Origin: Neoechinorhynchus agilis
Lineage: Eukaryota; Animalia; Acanthocephala
Assembly: GCA_051530055.1 (NCBI GenBank)
Contig: CM121343.1
Coordinates: forward strand, 1,706,389-1,770,388
Direction of reading: 5' to 3'
Length of the DNA: 64,000 nt
Position 1 is the stretch's first letter, and each line of letters begins with the position of its first letter. Under the pieces are notes generated by a model. That model ran no database searches. It worked only from the letters and a program-made list of their open reading frames with translations, and was not told the origin of the DNA. This document shows positions 1 through 12,126 of the stretch, piece after piece. The translations under genes were made by a program, and so were the position numbers.

Positions 1-428
1 ACAAAAACTCATTACCGAGTCCATCACCTTCGTGAGCACCCTTTACAAGCCCGGCTACATCAGTGACTTTCAAATACGCCGGAACTTTACTGCACAATGA
101 CAAGTAAGAGATTGTGGTAGATTGAGAGAATACCTAAGAGGGCAGTAATGTTCGACAAGCCAGTCAAAACGCTTATCCGGAACAGCAACACGGCTCTCAG
201 TTGAATCGATGGTGCAGAATGGGAAATTTTCCGCTGGCACCTCGGACTGCGTCATGACGTTGAAAAACGATGATTTCCTAATGAGCGATTATTTTAAAAC
301 AAATCACTCGATCGGAATTGTACTCACCCAACGTTTGGAAGACCAACCACGGCCATTGAGAGGTTGGTGCCAGGTCTACCAAGAACCTGCTTTGATTTCG
401 GCAACTCCGATCCTTTTTTCGTCGGCAT
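1..428 (-). CDS. OLA1: Obg-like ATPase 1, 5' part (runs off window start); two ~50-nt GT-AG introns
   Basis: Spliced translation MPTKKG...[18 protein letters not shown]|[24 protein letters not shown]...PLS|[29 protein letters not shown] matches the YchF/OLA1 G1-G3 motifs. Confidence 0.93.
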
Positions 429-1329
429 ATAATTTCCAATACGTGGAGAATTGCCATTAAATAGACATACGTTCTTTCGTGCGGTCTTGAAGACGTTTTG
501 AATCGCACTTTTCCGGGTTACTCAGCAAGTAGATGGATAGAGTCTTGGACTTTTGGACGATCGCAAATTCCATGAGAGATCAACTCAAGGAAACGGTCCG
601 AAAGGACCATTCCGCAAAAAAACGCCATCAGAGTATTTAAGAATGAACCTTATCGTTTCAACAGAACGATCCAATAATCGATATTGAAACCACTGGAACC
701 TTCATACGTATTATATGGAAGGGAACGATGCAACGCTCATATTGATATCCTGTAGTATTCTGAAATATTCCATGAACTTTCACTGCGACTAATGGTCAAT
801 CCAACAATTATCCAATGCGATGATTTCATCGTTTATGGTAGCCGAAACTCTTTTATACCAATAAAAATACGACCAAAGATACCGTCCATTGGTGCCATTC
901 ATGGGTTGTAGGTACCAAAGGACAGCTCAAAATCGGGGGCGAAGAAAATTATGTTCGGTCTCATTTGTTCCAGACTCCAATAATCCGGGCTTTGGTATCC
1001 TGAAAAACAAGCCATATTGTCGAAGATGCGAATCTATTCGGTGAATATTGATCCGGGCGAAAGTTGAGCAAGATGGGTAACGTTCGAGTGCTGTAAATAT
1101 CCATGATTGTCAGTTTGTCGAGAAGACCTAACTCTCGATATTTCAAAGCGCAAAATTGAGACGGAAATATAACAAACTTGGACGCATGACCTCCGCTTTC
1201 TTACTTGCAATAATTTGAACGTCGTACTCGGTCGATCAAAAGTCACCGAAGAACGAAAGCTCGCAAAATACCGATCGGCTTAGCGAAATCGGGACCAACG
1301 AATGTGTCTGTGATGCTCTATGGGAACCG

Positions 1330-4300
1330 AGAGGTAGTAAAGTAGATCCATGAATTCTGCTGGTGGACTAAGTTTATATTTATTCATATTTCAGCCGTGT
1401 ACTTGTAGACTCTTTGGTAGAGAATCATTATCGCTTATTCCTGATTGGAGAGGCGGTGTATCCATGAATTCTCCGGGCAGATTAAATTTTTATTTCTTCG
1501 TATTTCAGTTTTGAACTTGTAGACTCTTTAATAGAGAATCATTATCGCTCATTCCTGATTGGAGAGGCAGTTTATAAATGAATTCTCCTGGTGGATTAAA
1601 TTTTTATTTCTTCGTATTTCAGCTTTGTACCTGTAGACTCTTTAATAGAGAATCATTATCGCTTATTCCTGATTGGTGAGGTAGTGTATCCATGAATTCT
1701 CCGGGCAGATTAAATTTTTATTTCTTCGTATTTCAGTTTTGTACTTGTAGACTCTTTAGTAGAGAATCATTATCGCTTATTCCTGATTGGAGAGGCAGTG
1801 TATCCATGAATTCTCCGGGCAGATTAAATTTTTATTTCTTCGTATTTCAGTTTTGTACTTGTAGACTCTTTGTAGAGAATCATTATCGCTTATTCCTGAT
1901 TGGAGAGGCAGTGTATCCATGAATTCTCCTGGTGGACTAAATTTATATTTCTTCGTATTTCAGCTTTGTACTTGTAGACTCTTTAGTAGAGAATCATTAT
2001 CGCTTATTCCTGATTGGAGAGGCAGTGTATCCATGAATTCTCCTGGTGGATTAAATTTATATTTCTTCGTATTTCAGCTTTGTACTTGTAGACTCTTTAG
2101 TAGAGAATCATTATCGCTTATTCCTGATTGGAGAGGCAGTGTATCCATGAATTCTCCGGGCAGATTAAATTTTTATTTCTTCGTATTTCAGCTTTGTACT
2201 TGTAGACTCTTTAGTAGAGAATCATTATCGCTCATTCCTGATTGGAGAGGCAGTGTATCCATGAATTCTCCTGGTGGACTAAATTTACATTTCTTCGTAT
2301 TTTAGCCTTGTACTTGTAGACTCTTTGGTAGAGAATCATTATCGCTTATTCCGGATTGGAGAGGCGGTGTATCCATGAATTCTCCTGGTGGATTAAATTT
2401 ATATTTCTTCGTATTTTAGCCTTGTACTTGTAGACTCTTTAGTAGAGAATCATTATCGCTCATTCCTGATTGGAGAGGCGGTGTATCCATGAATTCTCCT
2501 GGTGGATTAAATTTATATTTCTTCGTATTTTAGCCTTGTACTTGTAGACTCTTTAATAGAGAATCATTATCGCTTATTCCTGATTGGAGAGGCGGTGTAT
2601 CCATGAATTCTCCTGGTGGATTAAATTTTATTTCTTCGTATTTCAGCTTTGTACCTGTAGACTCTTTAATAGATAATCATTATCGCTTATTCTTGATTGG
2701 AGAGATAGTAAATCCATGAATTCTCCTGGTGGATTAAATTTTTATTTCTTCGTATTTCAGCTTTGTACTTGTAGACTCTTTAATAGAGAATCATTATCGC
2801 TTATTCCTGATTGGAGAGATAGTAAATCCATGAATTCTCCTGGTGGATTAAATTTTTATTTCTTCGTATTTCAGCTTTGTACTTGTAGACTCTTTAATAG
2901 AGAATCATTATCGCTTATTCCTGATTGGTGAGGTAGTGGATCCATGAATTCTCCTGGTGGACTAAGTTTATATTTCTTCGTATTTCAGCTTTGTACTTGT
3001 AGACTCTTTAGTGGAGAATCATTATCGCTTATTCCTGATTGGTGATGTAGTGGATCCATGAATTCTCCTGGTGGACTAAGTTTATATTTCTTCGTATTTC
3101 AGCTTTGTACTTGTAGACTCTTTAGTGGAGAATCATTATCGCTATTCCTGATTGGAGAGGCAGTGTATCCATGAATTCTCCGGGATTAAATTTTTATTTC
3201 TTCGTATTTCAGTTTTGTACTTGTAGACTCTTTAGTGAGAATCATTATCGCTTATTCCTGATTGGGAGGAGTATATGAATTCTCCTGGTGGATAAATTTA
3301 TTTCTTCGTATTTAGCTTGTACTTGTAGACTCTTTGTAGAGAATCATTATCGCTTATTCCGATTGGAGAGGCGGTGTATCCATGAATTCTCCTGGTGGAT
3401 TAAATTTTTATTTCTTCGTATTTCAGTTTGACTTGTAGACTCTTTATAGAGAATCATTATCGCTATTCCTGATTGGAGAGGCAGTTATATGAATTCTCCG
3501 GTGGATAAATTTATTTCTTCGTATTTCAGCTTTGTACTTGTAGACTCTTTAATAGAGAATCATTATCGCTTATTCTTGATTGGAGAGATAGTAAATCCAT
3601 GAATTCTCCTGGTGGATTAAATTTATATTTCTTCGTATTTCAGCTTTGTACTTGTAGACTCTTTAATAGAGAATCATTATCGCTTATTCCTGATTGGAGA
3701 GATAGTAAATCCATGAATTCTCCTGGTGGATTAAATTTATATTTCTTCGTATTTCAGCTTTGTACTTGTAGACTCTTTAGTGGAGAATCATTATCGCTTA
3801 TTCCTGATTGAGAGGCAGTGTATCCATGAATTCTCCGTGGATTAAATTTTTATTTCTTCGTATTTCAGTTTTGACTTGTAGACTCTTTATAGAGAATCAT
3901 TATCGCTTATTCCTGATTGGAGAGACGGTGTATCCATGAATTCTCCTGGTGGATAAATTAATTTCTTCGTATTTCAGTTTTGTACTGTAGACTCTTTAAT
4001 AGAGAATCATTATCGCTTATTCCTGATTGGTGATGTAGTGGATCCATGAATTCTCCTGGTGGACTAAGTTTATATTTCTTCGTATTTTAGCCTTGTACTT
4101 GTAGACTCTTTGGTAGAGAATCATTATCGCTTATTCCTCATTGGAGAGATAGTAAATCCATGAATTCTGCTGGTGGACTAAGTTTATATTTCTTCGTATT
4201 TCAGCTTTGTACTTGTAGACTCTTTAATAGAGAATCATTATCGCTTATTCCTATTGGAGAGAGTATCCATGAATTCTCTGGTGGATAAATTTATATTTCT

Positions 4301-4588
4301 TCGTATTTCAGTTTGTACTTGTAGACTCTTTAATAGAGAATCATTATCGCTTATTCCTGATTGGTGATGTAGTGGATCCATGAATTCTCCTGGTGGACTA
4401 AGTTTATATTTCTTCGTATTTTAGCCTTGTACTTGTAGACTCTTTGGTAGAGAATCATTATCGCTTATTCCTCATTGGAGAGATAGTAAATCCATGAATT
4501 CTGCTGGTGGACTAAATTTATATTTCTTCGTATTTCAGTTTTGTACTTGTAGACTCTTTAATAGAGAATCATTATCGCTTATTCCTTA
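1330..4588. repeat. 114-bp tandem satellite, about 28 units
   Basis: Unit ATCCATGAATTCTCCTGGTGGATTAAATTT...GATTGGAGAGGCAGTGT recurs at 114-nt spacing (e.g. 1692 to 1806). Confidence 0.97.
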
Positions 4589-5034
4589 TTTTCATCCGTA
4601 CTCGGTCAGCTACAGGATAGCAACGTTAACATCAAGTTTTGGACGTCTATCACGCAACCGTCGATCGAGTCACGGAATTGGATGTGAGATTCCGGCTCAT
4701 CCGTTCTTTGATACTGTACATAAAAGAACGAGTTCAATCTTCTATTTCTTCCAATTTCGCTTTTCCTGGTGTTGTTGCGACTAACCACTTTCCGAGGTTA
4801 AAAATTCTGCATTGATTGATCCGCCGGCATCAATCTTGAGATGAATTTAAAATGTAGAGCGGCATTTTGCCACTTCACGGACTCCTGAAACATCGAGGGA
4901 CGAATTGCTGTTCGGGTAAATGAAGAGGAAAACGGTCTCTTTCCCACGGACCCGTCATTATAACATTGCCAAAGCTATACGAATTGGAGCATTATGCTGT
5001 GGCGATTGTTCCTTGCTTTTTGGGGCAATCGGGT
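4589..5034 (+). repeat. ~450-bp non-repetitive flank of the 114-bp satellite, duplicated in inverted orientation at 52520-52965
   Basis: Near-identical reverse complement of 52520-52965; identity ends at ...GGGGCAATCGGGT. Confidence 0.93.
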
Positions 5035-5622
5035 TTTAAAGATTTAGATTAATATTTCTGCGCGGTAGTGGAATCAAAAAGAGGTTCACATACAAATCCG
5101 AATCGACTCTGGAGAATAAGCGACAGTTCGTTTCCTTCGTCTTGGAAAAGTCCAAAAAGATAGAGATATAATGACGGATTCGTTTATCCTTGAGATGATT
5201 TTGTTCCGATCGATATGCAAAAAAACCTCTGCATCGTCCCTTTTAGACTCAGTAAGAAGCATGCTTGTAATTATGACTAAAATGATATCGATATTATTGG
5301 AAAATTCAATCGATAACGGTCAATGCGAAAAAACGATTGGATGGGCGAAAATACCAGTTGATTCTTTCCGATATGGCGAGTTTATTACTTTAACGTCATA
5401 TGTTGCGCGGTGATTTCTTTGTTGGTCAATTTCAGAGGTTACGGGATAAACGGGTAGTCTTTGCGGTTTTTGAGCATTTGCTTTGATTGTTGTGACGGAC
5501 GAGTTTCTCAATTACGGGGAACGATCTCGGTAGCTACAAAAACGCAATCTTCTTTCAATGGACGTTTTATCTTTTTCGGACTGTTAGTTCCGCCTAAACC
5601 TTGTTATTTTTTTAGGATTAAA

Positions 5623-8600
5623 ATGGGATTATCGTTCCCGAAGGCATCATCAAAAGACCGAAACTATAAAGCACACCAAAGCAGCAATGAAAATGCAATG
5701 AGTCCGAACGCTTTCAATGACGAGGAATACTTCGACGCCCGGTCCTACCTACCGAGATTAAAATACTTTGCCGTCCGTCCAGCTTTGGATAATATTGAAC
5801 CAGAAAAGTGTATATTCGACAACCAACGAGAAGCGACTGAACGTATGCGAAATCAGCGTGGCTCTCGTATGAAGATATTCGACAACTACGACGAAGCGCT
5901 CCACTATGTTAAATCGAATCCGGATACGACGATACTCAATGCTTCAAAAACGGACTATAAATCTACTCGACAAAAGTCAAAAGAACGGGTTTTTTTCGCT
6001 CCTACACGGAATTATTGCTCAGTTAGCCAAGTTCGCTTGAATCAGTTTGCATACTACATTCAGAATGGTGACATAGAGGCGGTACGAAAAGCGATTGATT
6101 CTAATCCATATTATCTTGTAACGGATCACGATACTCCAACTGTTATGCAAGTAAGTCTCCTTTTGAAAGATCAACCAAAGTCTTTAGGAAACCAAAGGTC
6201 GCATGTAGGTACAATGCTGCTCATATCTGCTCACGAGCCGTAAAGTCATCTCGCGAAGCAGCACAAATCCTTCAGATTATTCTTAACGCCGTTAGTAGCT
6301 TCACTTTTATGGTCCGAATATCAGTGTCTGATGTTATGCCCGCAAAACGGTGCCAACAACTACTAGATCAGTACCTTAATAACTGTGAACGCCTCGTCAG
6401 TAAACCCCTCCTTTCAAAGGAAATCGTGCTAATATTCGTTTGTTGTAGCAAGGTGATGCCCCCATTCATATCGCTGCCCGACTTGGAAACACCGACGTAA
6501 TCACTGTACTTCTCGGCCAACCACTCTGCAACGCTAATCGATTGAACTCTATTGGACTTAAAGCTATACATTTAATTCCCGAGATTGGCGCAAATAATAA
6601 ATCTCCTACTGAAATACGCAATGCTTTCGATGGTCCGCTATTTTAAAGATTTAACTTCAAATTACTTCGTCTTTAGGTTCCTTTTATATCGTCGCCATCG
6701 AAACCGAAGAAGTCGGACCTGTAATCCTTTTGGAACCAATTATGAGCTCCGATCTATGCGGTAGTACGTTCAAAAAATTTCGCCGTCAGCTGGTCGCATT
6801 AGCAGGACCAATGACCAAAAAAGTGGTATGTATTATCTGTTTTGGCTGTTAAAATTTACATCCGTCCTGTTCATAATTTCCCAACTTACTATTATCTTTA
6901 GTTAAAGCCAATGTAAAAGTCAACCTCGTCTTTAAGATCCTTCGTTTGTTACAAAATCAGAATAAGATTCAACTGAACAGTGTTCAATTGTATTTTTCAT
7001 GTGTATTTGTCATAACGATAAGGTTTAGTTATCATGTTTCATGGGAAATCTATTCAAGAAATGTCATCCACTATCGACTTTTTTCCTCCGTCCTGTTCAT
7101 AATTTCCCAACTTACTATTATCTTTAGTTAAAGCCAATGTAAAAGTCAACCTCGTCTTTAAGATCCTTCGTTTGTTACAAAATAAGATTCAACTGAACAG
7201 TGTTCAATTGTATTTTTCATGTGTATTTGCCATAACGATAAGGTTTAATTATCATGTTTCATGGGAAATCTATTCAAAAAATGTCATCCACTATCGACTT
7301 TTTTCCTCCGTCCTGTTCATAATTTCCCAACTTACTATTATCTTTAGTTAAAGCCAATGTAAAAATCGACTAGAATCAACCTCGTCTTTAAGATCCTTCG
7401 TTTGTTACAAAATAAGATTCAACTGAACAGTGTTCAATTTTATTTTTCATGTGTATTTGCGATAACGATAAGGTTTAATTATCATGTTTCATGGGAAATC
7501 TATTCAAGAAATGTCATCCACTATCGACTTTTTTCCTTTTTATACTATAGAGCCTAACAATTAGCTTTAAACTGGTTTGCGTCTTACCCCTTGAGTTTTT
7601 GATCTCATGCTTCCTTCCTGTTTCATAGCTTTGTGCTTAACGTTCATTCTCAATCATTTGCGCTCTTGGTGCTGTAATTGTTGTTTTGCATCGTTATTTA
7701 TATACATCATCTGTGATCTTTCTTAATTTGGTTGTGATTTATTAGCGATCAAGGCAAGCTTTCATCTCCCATAATGCCCGTCGGATTAAGCATCAATCGA
7801 TATAACGCGATAACATGAAAAGTATTGAATGAAGATTTGAAAAATTAATTGTTGTTTTACATTTTTAACAACAACGAATCTTTCTAAGTGGCGACTATGA
7901 GAAATAGTAGCTATGCTGTACACGATTCTTTAGGCTCATTTGAACTCTTGTGTAATTTTCCTCATTCTTTTGAATTATAGGCAAACTATATTTTCAATAG
8001 ATATAAGCGTCAGAAATTCGTAAACAACAGCTTCAGGAGTGCATCCTTCGCTGGGACGCCTTATGAGTCAAGGAAATATCTGCGCAAGCAGGCCCGTAAA
8101 CATTGTGTACCGATTCGAGAGCGGTTTCCATTTTACGATTCCTTGATCGATCTTCAATCACCTGAGGGTTTGAATATTTTCGAAGCATACTTGAAGCAGA
8201 TCTATATTCGACACAATGCGCCACGACTTTGGGCAATGATTATGTCTCGGATTTTAAAAAATAGAGAACATTTCATTGCGTCACGGTTGAGCAGTGCTTT
8301 TAACAGTCTTATTGAATACCATGGTTCAGAATGCACTATTGACGAAGATCTAGCAGCTGAGTTGCATTCATTGTGTCATACTACAAGCTTTCTGAAATAC
8401 ATTCTTCATCGATGCAATCCAAATGAAACAAAAAAGTGTTGCCATCAGTATTTTAATCCGAGTTTCAATGACAACAAATTCGACGAATTGTGTATTATGA
8501 TGGACTTTACACACATTTCGAAACGATTCGGTTGCCTGGATGGATCACTTTACGGACCATCAATTTTTGAACCTGGCGCTCTTGAATACGATGTGTATCA

Positions 8601-8829
8601 AGCATTGGACTCGGTCGAAGTTAGCAGTACAGCTCATCCATTCATTCGTTTGTGGATGAGAGAGATGGTAGATGGAATCGAGTACGAGCCATCTGTAAGC
8701 GACGGTCAAAACTTTCTTAACGCCTTATATGAACAAGCTGAATCAGAACTACAAACGAACGTATTGAACGACGTGGTTTACGTTTTGAAGATTGTCATCA
8801 ACAAGGTGTGCATGTTTGAAAGTTGTTAA
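5623..8829 (+). CDS. ANKLE2: ANKLE2/LEM4-like ankyrin-repeat protein; multi-exon, one ~1.1-kb repeat-filled intron; 3' end approximate
   Basis: Motifs SNPYYLVTDHDTPTVMQ|VACRYNAAHI, DQYLNN, GDAPIHIAARLGNTDV, ALAGPMT, IDLQSPEGLNIFEAYL and EYDVYQALDSV...HPFIRLW align in order with ANKLE2; GT-AG introns such as 6151-6197. Confidence 0.85.
6861..7537. repeat. Three tandem copies of a ~220-230-bp unit inside the large ANKLE2 intron
   Basis: TCCGTCCTGTTCATAATTTCCC recurs at 6861, 7087 and 7307. Confidence 0.92.
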
Positions 8830-9898
8830 AGCAAATCTGAGATTGAAGCAGCTACAGTACGACTCTGAGAGACGGGTTTTATTAAACGCTGTTAAGCACA
8901 AAGACTGTTCGGTTATTTATATAAAAACGACATGGTCGAATTCATATGTACCAGCGATCTAATCGGTATTTTGATGATATATTGCTCCAAACGCATCCAA
9001 TTTTCCATTTTGCCACAAGTATTTACTCTTAAACTATTAATTTCTTCAACATTGTATGGCCTATATCGCCATTTTTGGTTATTTCTGGAGTTAGCATCCA
9101 AGACCTGCTTTTGAAATTATCTATTCGAAGGTGACTGAGTCCATTCAATCTTTAGAAGCTTAGGTTTTTCGTGTAGTTCCGAATGGATGATATTATATTC
9201 AGACCTGAGCTTGCCTTACGTTCTGAGCCACAAGTCTCAGAAAGTACCGCTATTCATCACTGTGATACGTGCTTTCGAAGTTTAATAAAGAAGTTCGATA
9301 TCCGCTCCACGATTGTAGCATCCTAGAATACAAGCAAAACATTTTCAGATTGCTCTTTTTATCGTTTCAGATGCCTAACCGAAATGAAGTGGTGCAGTAA
9401 CTTGTTGAACGTTAGGAGAGTAGGAAAATGAAACCCGGAGTCAAATGTATCTTTATCAAACGACAATTAAAAAAGACAAAAGTCGTCTGATTATGTGTTT
9501 GATTGGACCTTGACGATCGTTAAAGATAGTAGAATAGTTTTTTCTAAGAAACGGATATTTCGCCTCAATAATGTCCGGTTTATCCCTTGAATGATCTCAG
9601 ATTAGTCCTATAATGCTCATTAACGGTTTCAACAACACGTTTTATTTGTTTAAGAAGAGGACCAATGTACTTCTGAGTCCTCGTGATCACTTTAGAGTTG
9701 ATGACGGATCCGGTGTGGATGACAAAACTTCAATGAACGGTGGAGCAACTTCGAACTATTTGACTAAAAAAGAATGAAATCCTCAATCACAAAGACAAAC
9801 TTTTTCAAACGCGGCATGGACATAGGTACTAACAATCATTCCAACAATCACAGTTTAGAGGGATTGCAGACCCATTTCCCCATTCAGTCACACCAACT

Positions 9899-11239
9899 TT
9901 AACTGGTGCCGCTGTCAGTGCTGCATCGATCGAATGCCTCGTGGTCGTCATATGAACGGAAATCCCTCATCAGGGGAATATGGAGTTCCTCTTTTGAACC
10001 GTTGTAAGCGGATCCTTCTCGATGATGGTCGAACCAACAGATGGGGCAGAAGTACTCAAAGCAAGTGCGGCAAAAGGCGATCGTAGATTTGCGGATCGGA
10101 GCAAATAGATGGGCAAAATTTTTGCACATCGAACATGGTTCATCGAATAAGAAAGGATCAATCTGTAAGACTTTTTTAAATGTCGGCGTTTTTAAACGCA
10201 GAAACCTATCCGCGATTGCTTTTCGGTAGCTTAGATCATGCAGGAAAGTAACACGGCCGCTACCAATTGGGTACCGGTATCGATCGGTATCAATTCTTGC
10301 CTCGGCCACAGGTCCAAATTTTTCGGACATTATACGTGCTAGTAGATTAGCGGATATCATTCCGTGTAGAGCACCGACAAATACGGTTCTCTTGATGGTC
10401 ATCCGTTTTCGTGATAGCATTTCATCGCGATTTGAGTTGCATTGTTGCAAGTACTTGGCATTCACGTGAAAATAATCGCACGTTCTCCATGGAATTATCT
10501 CGATTTTCTTCGAGCTTCCGGAATAAACTTGTTTGACACTCATAAAGAATCGTCCTAGTGGGTCGCGAAAGCAATTCTGCAGAAGAGTGCGAACGACGGA
10601 TGAGTCTTCGAATACGGCATAACAGTATCCAGGTAAGCCAGATCGGCGTTGGGCGGGGCATTTTTGCGGCCAATCGATCATCACGATTGCATGCGGAACA
10701 AGCATGTTTACGACATGACGGACCTGCTGATCGCTCATACTCCAAGGAATTCCGCCAATAAATACCTTTCGAGAGAAATCGAAAGATGAAGTTGTAACGG
10801 AAGGAACGATGGCATCTCTTGATTGCCAAAATGGCATGTTTTTGATGCTTTTGTTGATCGCTGCTTGGCGATGTAGTTTCGCTCTTTCTTGAAGTATAGT
10901 GAACAATCTTCTGTAATATGGATTCGATGACTGGTTCGATTGATAACTTCCTGAAATATTGAGAGAGCCAGCAGCAAAGGCGATCAGATCATCGATTTCG
11001 TTATCCTGCACTTCCGATTCTTGTACGTCACTAAGATGCCACTCGTCGGTGATGGACGTTGGCGACGGCGTTGATTGATACGATGAACACTTTCTGACGA
11101 CTAAGAACTCCAACCCCGGTGGAGGCGGAATGTCACCATCGATTCCCAATAGCTTATATTTCTTTGTCATCGAGGGGGATGGTGCTCGTAAATGCGCACT
11201 ATTCGAGTTATAACAGACCGGACGCATACTAACCGACAT
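9899..11239 (-). CDS. CPEB1: Cytoplasmic polyadenylation element-binding protein (CPEB1/orb type), 446 aa, intronless as seen
   Basis: Tandem RRMs (KVFIGGIPW, GYCYAVF, TVFVGALHG, IDTDRYRYPIGSGRVTF) followed by a ZZ-type Cys/His finger. Confidence 0.92.
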   Translation of the reverse strand: MSVSMRPVCYNSNSAHLRAPSPSMTKKYKLLGIDGDIPPPPGLEFLVVRKCSSYQSTPSPTSITDEWHLSDVQESEVQDNEIDDLIAFAAGSLNISGSYQSNQSSNPYYRRLFTILQERAKLHRQAAINKSIKNMPFWQSRDAIVPSVTTSSFDFSRKVFIGGIPWSMSDQQVRHVVNMLVPHAIVMIDWPQKCPAQRRSGLPGYCYAVFEDSSVVRTLLQNCFRDPLGRFFMSVKQVYSGSSKKIEIIPWRTCDYFHVNAKYLQQCNSNRDEMLSRKRMTIKRTVFVGALHGMISANLLARIMSEKFGPVAEARIDTDRYRYPIGSGRVTFLHDLSYRKAIADRFLRLKTPTFKKVLQIDPFLFDEPCSMCKNFAHLFAPIRKSTIAFCRTCFEYFCPICWFDHHREGSAYNGSKEELHIPLMRDFRSYDDHEAFDRCSTDSGTS

Positions 11240-12004
11240 TAGATACCTCGCCTCAGTAGCGCACTAGTCAACAACTGCGGTCGTAGTTTGTTCGTCGACT
11301 AAAGTTTCGCCATCGCGCTTTGCCGCCGACGTATTTTATGAGTTTGCGGTGTTCATTGTACTCGCGGCTACTTTAATTAAAGTGGACGGATGCACGGTTG
11401 AGTCGGGTTTTTTGGATGATGCCGTAAACGCCAATTTTTTCATCTTTAAACTCTCAATTCGGTACCCGTTACCGTAACGCTTCGTGATTTCATCTGTAAT
11501 TGCGTCCAAGAAATTTCTAGATCTTACCAAGGTATCAAAATGTCACTCGGAAGTTCAAAACCTTTTCTATCACACGATTATCCGTCGAGGAGACAACCAA
11601 TACCACTTGGATCTCACGCGGAATAACTCGTGAAACAAGTTTACAATAATCAAAAAAATTAAACCAATTCACCAACGTTATAACGGATTTTTTCCGTTTG
11701 AAGAGATCTAAGGTAAAATGGAAGCGATAGATTTGTTTGTATGTGTTAATAATCTGAAAAAACTTGGCATATTTGCCAACATAAAAAGTTCCACCGGAAA
11801 TTGAGGAATTCAAATCCTTCATTGGCTCGATGTAAAGACGTTATGCGTTAGATTGTTTTGGCCAATGCGAAGTGAAATTTTTTTATTAGTATTTCGTCCT
11901 CTACGGGGACTTATTTTTAACAAAAAAGATAGTATCTGTAAAACGCATAGGCTTTTTTGAAGCAGTAATAAGAGGCATATCCTTCAGAATCTCCGAGCAG
12001 AAAT

Positions 12005-12126
12005 CATTCACACCACCGCGCTGGATTACTATTGGTCGAAAGGACGGATGCAGCGTTCCCTTCCCGGTCACAGGTGCAGACTTAATGCTCCCGCCCTCGG
12101 ATCGCCAGTGATTCGTCTCAATCTTT
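12005..12126 (-). mobile_element. 3' end of a CRE-like non-LTR retrotransposon (family B), abutting the 211-bp satellite
   Basis: Reverse complement matches 47785-48305: AAGATTGAGACGAATCACTGGCGATC...GGAACGCTGCATCCGTCCTTTCGACCAATA...GCGGTGGTGTGAATG. Confidence 0.75.

Noticed and set aside
480-1330. Coding-like sequence upstream of OLA1
   Set aside because: All frames on both strands have stops, and no consistent exon chain or protein family could be assigned by eye.
3140-3520. Satellite units with many 1-2-nt deletions
   Set aside because: Scattered small deletions in a few units look like long-read consensus error, not biology.
1330-4588. ORFs and CRISPR-like appearance of the 114-bp array (also the 83- and 211-bp arrays)
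   Set aside because: Units are fully repeated with no unique spacers and there are no cas genes; the ORFs are by-products of the repeat.
5040-5413. Short plus-strand frames, one resembling a C2-domain end (TIGWAKIPV)
   Set aside because: Similarity too short and no gene model; left unannotated.
11336-11822. Two adjacent minus-strand ORFs upstream of CPEB
   Set aside because: No recognisable family and no in-phase splice junction found.
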